From Catajapyx aquilonaris (taxonomy: Eukaryota), in assembly GCA_000934665.2 (NCBI GenBank), contig KZ539070.1, forward strand, positions 1 through 34,252: a stretch of 34,252 bases of DNA, read 5' to 3'. This document shows positions 1-10,800 of this stretch, piece by piece. The position numbers and the translations under genes are program-made. Position 1 is the first letter of the stretch. Each line of letters opens with the position of its first letter. The notes beneath the pieces are model-generated. The model did no database searches. It had not been told where the DNA came from and was given only the letters and a program-made list of their open reading frames with translations.

Positions 1-241
1 CATCGCATTGTTGCTGCGGTTGAGTCAGTGACAACGGACATGCTGGCACGAGTATGGGAGGAATTGCACTATCGGATCGACGTTTCTCGAGTGACCAAAG
101 GAAGTCATATAGAACATTTATAAGGTTTGAAATAAACTTCAAAACCTCCTCTTTCATTTGGTGTATAACACGTTCATGTGCGGTTGATAGGTACGGAGCT
201 ATACGCATTTGTAATTATACTATTCATTTGTAATCACCCTG
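1..241 (+). mobile_element. 3' end of a Tc1/Tc3-like DNA transposon
   Basis: 1-123 translates HRIVAAVESVTTDMLARVWEELHYRIDVSRVTKGSHIEHL*, a typical Tc3-like transposase C-terminus. The element ends ...AATCACCCTG followed by TA. Confidence 0.85.
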
Positions 242-263
242 TATATATATATATATATATATA
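242..263. repeat. (TA)n microsatellite at the transposon target site
   Basis: Directly visible. Confidence 0.9.
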
Positions 264-276
264 AACTTATAGCTGT

Positions 277-1028
277 TTCCGCTATATTCGACACGGTATT
301 TATGTCCTATAATCATCATCATCATCATTTGATACCCCATTATCAGCCTACCGGGCTTTTCTAGGGGGGGATTTCTCCCAATTTTTTGTCTGGAACTCTT
401 CCATTTTTACTACTTTTTCTCATCGGAATGAAGCAGGGATAGGAAAGGAAGGAAGCGGCTGTGGCCTATGATTATGGTAACGACCCCGGAATTATCCTGC
501 AAGGACCATGGGAAACCACAGAAAACCATGGTCAGGGTCGCTGGCCTCCGGGATTCGAACCCAGGACCTCTCGATTAGCAGTCGGACACCCTATCCACTC
601 CACCACTACTGCTTCGGTTTTATGTCCCATATATAGGCCCGTTCCCGGAAAATTTCGCAATGGACAAATTTTTGTAACACTCAGGGTACGTTATGGACAG
701 GTTTCACTACATATTTATCTAGAGTGAATCCTGTCCATAACGGACCCTGAACGTAACTGAAACTTGCCTATTGCAGAATTTTTCTGGTAACGGGCATATG
801 GAAAGTACACGATTTCCGAGTCGAATATAGTGGAAATTTGCTCATTATGGAACATTTTATCATCCCATGAATTTCCGCCATGCGCAGATTTCACTGAATA
901 TAGCTAGATGGGAAGTAAAACCTGTCCCAACGGACCCTGTGTATGACGGAAACTTGCCTATTGCGGATTTTTATGGTAACTGGCGTATGGAAAGTACACG
1001 ATTTCCGTGGAGAATATAGCGGAAATTG
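277..1028. mobile_element. Palindromic MITE-like element with an extra direct copy of one arm, interrupted by a SINE
   Basis: CAGGGTACGTTATGGACAGGTTTCACT and AGTGAATCCTGTCCATAACGGACCCTG are inverted around ~715. 277-293 is the inverse of 820-836. About 730-838 is repeated at about 921-1028. Confidence 0.7.
312..616 (-). mobile_element. tRNA-derived SINE with (ATG)n tail
   Basis: A box TGGTGGAGTGG, B box GGTTCGAATCC, body GGTTTTCTGTGGTTTCCC...TAGGCCACAGCCGCTTCCTTCC, TSD TTTATGTCC on both sides. Confidence 0.85.
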
Positions 1029-1268
1029 TGTAATTTTACCGTAAAACCATGTAGAGTCAGCACACGCTGAGTTTGTGCAGGATGTGGAAAAACCATCAGT
1101 GAGGAAGCCCTATTGGCTACATCACAAACCTTGAAGGGCTCAGGAGGATCTGGATGTGGTCTTTGCAGGTCGTCTTAGCATGAGGGAGGTACTTACCATA
1201 CTTGTTGGCCACCATCAGACTCTCTTCAGAGGTGTGGGGCAATGGGTTTGCTCACTGGTGTAATTATA

Positions 1269-1305
1269 TTTATTTGCAAATTATTATATCACAGTAGCAT
1301 TTATT
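1269..1305 (-). promoter_or_regulatory. Candidate polyadenylation signals of the SLC17 gene
   Basis: Two minus-strand AATAAA (1269-1274, 1300-1305), about 350-380 nt after the stop codon. Confidence 0.55.
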
Positions 1306-1652
1306 CCACAGAGAGCTTATTCATAAATACGGTATTTAAACATTACTCCTCAGGCTCAGCTACAATAACAACAGGAACCATAATGCAGAGTGTAACAAAA
1401 ATTGCATTGTACTTGTAAATTGTACTTAATTCATCTAGTAGTTTGGTTCTAGACCTACAGTAGCAGTGCAGTATAACTTTCAACACAAAATGTCAATGCT
1501 ACACCTCTTTACCAACAGTTTGGTTTCTGTGGTGCAAGTTGCCATTGAAAGTTGAAGTTCATCCTACACCTTCACATCACTAGATTCAGATCTATATGTT
1601 CATTGAAAATATTGAGATACACAGGGCAAAAGTATACTTTGTAGTAAATCAA

Positions 1653-1811
1653 TCACTCATCAGCATTCCCTACGTCTTCCATAATGGAGGTCTTCTTCAC
1701 TTTATTCCATGATTGCTCTTCACCGGCAGCAAAGAGAGTAAACAGGGTATTGCTGACTAGATAACATCCAGCAGAGATGAAAAAGACAATGCGCCACTGT
1801 CCAATAGTTTG
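1653..1811 (-). CDS. SLC17A5: SLC17 terminal coding exon ([15 protein letters not shown]...GEEQSWN...ADE*)
   Basis: Acceptor cttgtag|, TGA at 1653-1655. WxxVF and GEEQxW are typical SLC17 C-terminal motifs. Confidence 0.93.
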   Translation of the reverse strand, partial: QTIGQWRIVFFISAGCYLVSNTLFTLFAAGEEQSWNKVKKTSIMEDVGNADE

Positions 1812-4800
1812 CTACAAGAGACACATCAGTAAGCCTCAAAGTAAAGATTTGGTCATTAGGCATATTGGGCTACAAAAATCATTTTCAAAAGCACCAATTC
1901 CCGTTACATACCATCAGTTTTGGTAACAAGAATAACGTAAATAATGTAGAATGTGAAGTCAAAGTAGGTTTCATTTAAAAGTCCGCTCCAATAGCCCTTT
2001 AGTGGCAAAAAGGTAAAACAGCCACAGCATGGAAAAAAAAGATAGCAATCAACAAATTCATGCTAACATAACAAATATCGTAAAATGGGGCTACTTTGGT
2101 CCAAGCACGTACCAAGTACTTCAAAAATGCATCAGATGGCAGGTAATGATACTAACTACATGTAATAAGCACAGTGAGAATCACTTAGGGTTGGTGCATC
2201 TGTGGTAAAGGAGTCATACATCGAAGTTGTAAACCCGCCAGCAGAGGGCTACTTTCTGCTTTGTGCGCGTTGTCACTTTGGCGCGTGATTTCAAGAAGTC
2301 CGTACTGCTAAGNAGAGAGAGAGAGAGAGAGAAGAAATCAAAAAAGGTGTAAGTGATGGGGTTACTTTGCCCATAATTTTTGTTTTTGTTTTTGTTTTTA
2401 AATACCCTGTGATATGGCGGAGCCCTCTTAGGGGGGAAGGGGGAGGTTCCCACGGGAGGGCGCTGTAATTTTAGTCATTTTTGACTTTATGAAATACACC
2501 AGACCTTTTCTCCTGGCCCTGGGCAGAGTAGGGAGCGCAATTCTGCCCCGGCATGTCAGGTGAAAAGCAGAAAAAGACCCGGCCAAGCAGAGGTGATGGG
2601 GACGGGATTTGAACCCCGGCCTCCTGCTTGGCTGCCAGTGGCATAACCACTAGACCACCATGCCTCCCTTTTGGTCCATAATATTCTTGAACCAAAGAAG
2701 CCCCAACACTCCTTGTACATTATGGCCATGATAAAGTGGACTCTCTACGTATAGTGAGTGAGTTCAAAAAGTGTCTCCATGCCATTACCAATGTAGTACC
2801 GTACCAGTTGCAATGTACTAATATATTTGATTATTCACACGAAATATCATTTTAAAATGCCGCTTCTTCAGACAAATATAGCCTACTGCCGTTTTGAATG
2901 ATATCCGAGGGACCTCACATCTACAAGATGTACACATGTCTTGGCCTATGTATTATCTGGTCCAATGTTACAATCAATGAGGTTTAATTCAACCATGGAC
3001 ATTTTTCCAAGGGGTTCATCATACTGGACCAAAGTAGCCCCACCCCATGGGGCTACTTTAGTCCAACCTTGCCATTTTCTGTACAGTGTTATATAATCTG
3101 ACCTGCACGAATAATAGTGCAAAAGTGTTGCTAAGATGTTCAAGATACGTCTTTAAAATCGGATCAGGGGGCATGCAGGCAAACTCGAGCGTTACAGAAA
3201 AGCAATACTCCTGGCAGGGCTAAAATCGGATCCGCATAGGGGGGGCATGGAGGCAAACTCTAGCATTACAGAAAAGCGTTACAGTTATGGCAGGGCTAAA
3301 ATCGGATCCGCACAGGCATGGAGGTAACGCTTTTCTGTAACGCTCGAGTTTGCCTGCATGCCCCCTGATCCTATTTTTAAAACGTATCCACGCCTGCATG
3401 CCTCCGTCATTATAGTCGAGAATAATGAAACATAATGTAGGTTGAGCCCGCAAAAGCTGCTGCTTGTGTCCCTGACACAACTTAATATAATTTTTTAACC
3501 CTAATAGGACGGGCGTGACATATATGTCATGGCAACTTTGAAAAATTCTGCTGGCGAAACTATAGCGTTTTCCGACCATGTAACGTGATTTCTGAGTAGC
3601 TTGTACATTTTTCCGTCACAAAAAAAAAGGTCGCGATTTTATGTCTATAAAATCTGATATATATTTGCCACATAGGGCCTAAAGGACATGGCACAAAATG
3701 TATGGCCAATAGCCTTCCATTCGATTTGCCTGAAAATGGGATATGTTGTTGCCCAGACTGTCCTGATCAATGTTAGATTGGGACATTTCGAGGTAGGACC
3801 TACAGGGAGCGTGCTAGTGACCTCCGAAGGTAATATGGGACATGGTCTTGTTTTCCGTTCGATTTGCCTGAAAATTGGATATGTTGTAGCCCAGACCGCC
3901 CTGATCAATGTTGGATAGGGACATTTCGAGGTAGGACGTACAGGGAGCGCGCTAATATAATATGGGGAGTAGTTACTATACTCCCCATATTACCTTCGGA
4001 GGTCATTAGCATGCTCCATGTAGGTCCTACCTTGAAATGTTCCTATCCAACATTGATCAAGGACAGTCTGGGCTACAACATATCCCATTTTCAGGCAAAT
4101 CGAACGGAAGGCCACTGGCCCATACATTTTGTGCCATGTCCTTTGCGAAATGTCAGCTTTTTGCAGTCTCTGAAATATATATATATATATATACTTTAAA
4201 AAAAGGTATGACCTTGGCCTGCAAATTTTGGCATACAGAGTTGTCCCCAAACCTCTTCAAGAGATTCCATCCTAAAATTAGTCCAAAAATTATATAATTC
4301 AAGAGCATTACAATAAATAAATAATGTTCGTAAATGCCAATTAATGGCTGGTGGGCCACTGCGCAACTCCCGCCCAGCCTCCGTCAGGATAGAGAAGCGC
4401 ATGCCCCGCGGGAGTTTTGAACATCTGTGACACGAGGGAGGTTTCCAGTTGGGAGGGGGGTGTATGTTTGTCTCTGCAACTGGGATGCCTGTCTGTGATG
4501 TATTATTCATGCATACTGGTCTGTTCAGCAGCGCCAGGGCTACATACACATATACTTCTTGTCATCGCAGGAGTGACAAAAAATTGGAGAAAAAAATACG
4601 TAGGAGCGAAACGCGGCATCTGTTGAGACTTTTAAGAATGTAAATTTCCGCATGGTACGGCAAGAGGGTCCCATAAATGGCCTCAGGATCAAGCCTAGAC
4701 ACTGCACGAAGTTACTCACTAGATTAGTCACATGTGGTCCCTCAAATGACGATGCAAGCGATTTTTTTGCAGATTCTTGCATAAATTCAAAAAAACCGCC

Positions 4801-7800
4801 TGTCTAATTACCATATTTACGCGCATATAAGACGCACACACGTATAAGACGCACCGCGGTTTTGAGGCGAAAAATCGTGGAAAATCGGTTGTTGACTCAT
4901 ATAAGACGCACCCAGATTTATTGCCGTAGTTTGGGAACTGGCCTCGAGCTGCCGGCAGCAACCTCGTGTGTCACACCGGAATTGTGCACGTGTGTGGACG
5001 GGGAGAGCATAACAATGGAAGTGAAGGAGAAACGCAGGTCGTACCGTGCCGATTTCAAGAGGAAAGTGATCAACTGTGCTGACAGGACATCAAACCGACA
5101 AGCTTAAATTTTTCAATAAACAATTTTCACGATTTCTCACGGGTTTCACCCGCTGTGCCCTGCCATATAAGACGCACACGCGTATAAGACGCACCCTACT
5201 TTTTGAGCTACAAAAATCGGAAAAAAGGTGCGTCTTATATGCGAGTAAATACGGTAGTGTTAAAGTTCAAAATTGCAATAGCAAGAGGGCGTCACGGTGG
5301 CATAGTGGTTTCCGCCGCAGCCTTCCACCCCTAAGGTCCCGAGTTCAATCCCCGGGTCGGACGGAGGATACTTATGTGGATAGAGTTTCAATGGTTTCTC
5401 TCCATGTTCACGTGGGGCTTCTCGGGGTTCTCCCGTTTCCTCCCGCAATCAAAATCCATTATAGCCCAGGCAATGAATAAAGACGGTTCGCAAAAAGATG
5501 ATCCCCTAAGGGCCCTCAGAGGCCCAAGGAGGCCTATCACCGGGTATCCATTATTAACTGCAATAGTAGGCCTAAGGGAGATATTAACCTAAATAACCAA
5601 AAATTGGTGCAAAGTACTTTACAGTCAACATTTTCTTTCCTGTCAAGCATGAAGTGACAACAAAGTAATGGCAACAAAATGTGCCAAGATATTTCCTCCT
5701 TCACACTCTCAACAGGAGCCAATCACACTGACCCGTATTCTGGTAAGTTCCAAGGAGCTGTGGTAGGTATCATGGGTGATGCAGTACTACTGCATCTACT
5801 ACTGCAACTCATCAGGATGGTTATGAATTAAACCTGGAAGTACTTATGTACGTATGTCCCATCAAGTTCCAAAACTGACCACATATATGAAACCAGTGCA
5901 TTTTTTCAAATTTTTGGAGCCCAATTTGCTGAAATACCACACCATTCCTTTAATAAACTAATTATAATAAAAGTACTGTTCCCTCACCTTTCCCTGAGTC
6001 AAGGCTCCAACAACATATGGCCCCATAAATCCAGGAATAGTTGCAACACAGTTGGACAGGCCTAACAGTGTTCCCGCAAAATTTGGTGCAATGTCGATGT
6101 GATTACTCATGAACCCTGAGTAGGATGCCCCGTTGATTCCTACTCCAAATACCAGCAGCGCAATTGTGACTATGAAATCACAGCCACTGTATGACATTCC
6201 AATCAGGGCCACTGCAGGCCCAATAAAGGCTGTAATATGAGAAGGCATTGTAATAGAGAGCAGCAACCCACCAGCTAGTGTGAACTCACAAGCACTATTA
6301 AAAATTCTACGAGTAGCCAGAGTACTGAGGATTCCTCTTGAACGAAGAAAATCAGCTAGAAGACTTGCTAGCATTGCCACCAGCCACATAAATAAATATG
6401 GGGTTGCAGATATGATACTGTTCTGTAATCAGTGGGACAAATCATAGGCAGGATTTTGTAAATATCATAGCATGACAGTTTTTTTGTTTTTGTTTTTAAC
6501 CCCGTGATAGGCCTACATGGGCCCTGTTGGGGGGGGGTGGTACACCACCATCAATTTTCTTCTAGCATGACAGTATTGTGGATAGAAGTGCAAAGATGGA
6601 CATTATCTAAATTTAACAATTATCTAGAAAATGAATGTTCTTCTGAGCTTTTTTCTAATAATAAAATCAGTCTCTTCATTTTGTTCAACATTATCTGCAT
6701 AACAAATATTCCAAGGAGGTTACCTGCTAAATGCATGATGATTGCAATTTAGACTTACCTGTTTCATGTCAAACCGTAATATGTTCTTGAGGTAGGATGG
6801 CAATTCTGTGAGTAATGTGTAGAATCCCCAGTTTTGACCAAAATGTGCAACGACAATCATTGCAACGGGTATTGATGTAAATATTTTCCTCCATGGTACA
6901 TCAGGCTTACTCTGGAAAACAGCACAGAATTAATATTCCTCTAGGTCAGCGGTACCCGAACTTTTTGAGTTGTAGAGCACTTTTCAGGAGAAAAATTTGT
7001 AACGGAGAGCTATTGTCACCCTTATGCCATAGGCATGTATGTGCAGCTTTGGCTGTTTATACAGGGTGGGGCAAAAGTCATGGGCTGGTTTAAACGAAGC
7101 AGCATGGAGTAAGTAGCGAACGATTATATTTTAAAAAAATTACGCTACACAGAGAGAGATATGCCATTTATGAATCAACGTCAAAAAAAGTCACTTCTTG
7201 AAAACAAGGCAAAGAAAATTTAAGGGGGGAAATTCATCTCAAATCTATGTAAGCATTGTACCAGGTTGAACATTTTTATAATAAAAAATTTCGGAAAAAG
7301 TCGGGAGGGGGTCATATGGGTCACCAGAGATCTAGGACAAGTTGTCCATAGTGTCACGACGAAATCAGGTTGGGAATAATGCTGGATAGTCAGAATAAAC
7401 ACGTCGTCCATAGTCGTACCATTCTTTATGAGCGGGACTGTACCAGCAGTGGGGCAGGTGTCTTGGTGGTCTTGGGTGTAAACACACTTAAATAAGCCAT
7501 GCATTCCAAGTCATTTTTTCTTTTGCCTTCCTTCTCTATCTCAAGTTGCCAAGTGTCACCCACCCTTGTGACAGTTGGCCACAATAAAGTCTGCATGGGG
7601 AGCCGTTTAGGAATAGTGTCTGGCTCTCTTACCATTGGGATGTGAATTCAGTTACAAATACTGCCATACGAGACATGTTTAGATTGATCACATATGAAGT
7701 TTTTTCTCCTGCAGAAGAACCCGTGGGCTATTGCACATATTACCATGAACCATTAGTAGGTTGTGGTGCAGGCAATAGCGCCATATAACTCAATTTTTGT

Positions 7801-10800
7801 GACGACCAACATACCCATTCATGTTCATATCTGCAAGTACGTAAGCCCTCCGATTCCAACCATTGCATTGCACTGTTTGCATAAGCTTTTTGTTAGCTCG
7901 GTAAAAATCTTGCAGACACTAATTTCCACTCACTCCTGCTGCCTCACCTTCAATTTTGGCAGGGAGTTATACATCACTGGAAAGTGCATTAAATGGACCT
8001 ACCACAATAAATCACAAGGGCAGCCTGTTATTACAGATATGCCTTAATTATTTTCTGTTTGATTTGGTAAGGATTTTTCTTTTTATGTGCAAATGAAAAA
8101 CAAACACTAACTAAATATCTACAAGGGCCATATCCAAATTGATTTGACTTCCTTTTTTTTGCCACAAATACATGGCCCTTACAACTCTGCAGAAAGGCAC
8201 ACATTATTGATAGAATCTGCCTGGAGCTGAATGCACTGACATCATTAGTATGTCAACCTCTTCAGGCCCTCCAGGAACCATGTTTTGGAGGTGAGTGCAT
8301 CCATTCCTGGACAACTGCTTGTAGTTCAACAATGTCCTCGAAATGGCATCGGCAAAGGACTTTTTTCCTGTTTTGGGACACGAAGGACATTATCCTCATC
8401 TACTGGCTGGAACTGGGTACTCCCATCAACAGCCCCACATACATGACAACCCTCTGTAGCTTGTAGCACTGTGATATGTGCTATCCAGAAACAGCGGCCA
8501 GGGAAATGGGTGAAAGGTGGCTCTTGCAGCATGACAACTCGCAGCCCCATACAGCCGGGAAACGAAAGTCACCATTGCCAAGTTTGGGTTCCTGGTGCTT
8601 CCACACCTGCCACACTCCTCCGACCTGGCCACCAATGACTTTCACCTGTTTGGATCCCTGAAAAAACTCCTTTGCCAACACCATTTCGCGGACATCGTTG
8701 AACTGCAACAAGTTGTTCGAGAGTGGGTGCACCGCACCTCCAAAACATGGTTCCTGAAGGGACTGGAGAGGTTTACACACCCGTGGTGCCAGTGCATTCG
8801 ACTCCAGGAGGATTCTATTGATAAGGGGTGCCTATCTGCCAACCTTATGGTATTTGGGGCAAAAAAATTAATTGTAAATCAATTTAGTACAGTAAAAGTA
8901 ACATTAGTATTAAGCATCCAGGGGGATTACAATATTATATATACTAATTTTTGTTTTGTTTTTTTGTATTACCCCATGATAGGACCAGAGTGGAACACCA
9001 CCATATTTTTCCATTCCATTTTTCCATTCCATTTTCGTATTTTCTTCAAACTCTGTGCAGGGAAGAAAGGACATGAGGTAGGGATGGAGATTTTTCAGGG
9101 AGGAGACACAGGTGCAATGTCGGAATACTGGGTCATGTGCAGTCTCCCTGGAGGTTAGGTTGTCAGACGCCTCCAAGGTGCAGGTCAGAGACCCTCCTGA
9201 TTTAGGCAAAGGGGTACTCCTGGGCGGGGTTTGAACCTGGGACCTTTCACTCAGGAAGCCGAGTCTTTATCAACTCGGCCACCATGCCTCCATTCTTCTA
9301 AATGCTAAGTTCGAATTTCTAAAGTCTAATTTTGTATTCATTGAGGTGTCTCCTACAGGAGACGCTCAGCAAATCTGGGTTAAAAACATGCAGAAATGGA
9401 CTATAATTTTTATGGAAGACAAATGGTGGATATGGGACTGTGGGACTAATAAAAACCATCCTCACCTCTAAATCTACTGAGCCAGTCAAGCTAGTTTCAA
9501 TTAATGTCCTCTCCTCAAATGAAATTCTGGGATGCCTTGCAGGATTTTCATGTATCAATATCATCCAGAGTCCAAACCACACAACACCCAGTGTTCCAAA
9601 CACATAAAAGACTGATGGCCACCCTCCTGCAAATCCATACTCACAAAGGAGGCCAGAGAGTGGTAGTGATATAACTGTTCCAAACTGTGAACCTGAAAAA
9701 AAGTTTCATTTTCAGTGACAACATGGATATGTCCACAACTAACAAGCATATGGATGCAAAGACTAGGTAATTGCAAATTATAGTTGAAGTTTGCATTTGA
9801 CATAATCATTAAGTGGAATAAATTTGAGCAACCTTAATTATGCAATTATTCCAATAAATACGGCACATTAGCACATGTAATATAAATTTTCAGAAATGTG
9901 AAAAACGGATGGAAAAAACTGCAACTTGTTAATGTACGAGGTGTGATCGAAAAGTTCCCGGACTGTGTTCATAAAAACATTAATATTTATTTTAAGTCCT
10001 AATTTCCACTGTCACCTTCAAAGTAGTCACCTTGGGCACGTATACAACAATTCCAGCGAATTTCCCATTTTTGGAAGCACCAAAAAAAATTGACCAACGG
10101 TAGTGTGTTCAACACCTGCTGTGATTTTGCTAAGACCTCTTTAGTGGAGTCAAAATGCCTCCTTTTCTACCCAAATTTCATTTTAGGGAAGAGGTAGAAA
10201 TCACGTGGTGCCAGGACAAACGAATATGCAGGGTGGGGAACAGTGGTCATGTTATTTTTTATCAGGAAGTCCCTGACTACGCGTGAGGTGTGTGCAGGCG
10301 GCATTGTCATGGTGCAGCAACCAATCTACGTTCTTCCACATCTCCGGTCATTTGAGTATAAATCGTCTCAAACCATCGCAGTAAGACTTGCCGTTGACAG
10401 TTTTACCAGGATGGAGAAACTCCATATGCACAATTCCTAAAATGTCAAAGAAAATGATCAGCATTGAGTTGATTTTGCCGCGAAATTGGCGCGCCACCTT
10501 TGAAGCTGTTAAACCACTCATATGTTATTGCTTGTCTTACAACTTGCTCATCAAAAGCCTTGTTCAGCATTCGGTTGGTTGCATCCGAAGTTTTGTTGAG
10601 CTGGAAGCAAAATTTAATACAAATCTTTTGCTCCCTAACATCAGCCATTTCGAAAAATCGCAGAAGCACAAGAACACGGTGTCAAGAAAACTGCCGAAAC
10701 TTGGAAACACGTGCACCTATGAAGACGAGATTTTTCAGACTAATAGATGAAAGGTGCACCTAGCGCCCCCTAACGTCACAAGTTCGTAGCTCCACTGGTT

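Noticed and set aside
1570..1655. Stop-codon readthrough or selenocysteine at the SLC17 TGA
   Set aside because: No TGA-CTA readthrough context or SECIS-like structure seen, and the protein already has normal length.
3645..4297. Cluster of mutually similar ORFs (GYVVAQT repeats)
   Set aside because: These are translations of the foldback repeat arms.
8595..9158. 187-aa ORF as a host gene
   Set aside because: It is a decayed mariner C-terminus running on into an antisense SINE.
540..9291. tRNA genes at the A/B-box sites near 580, 2630, 5320 and 9250
   Set aside because: Each continues into a SINE body and tail, mostly with TSDs.
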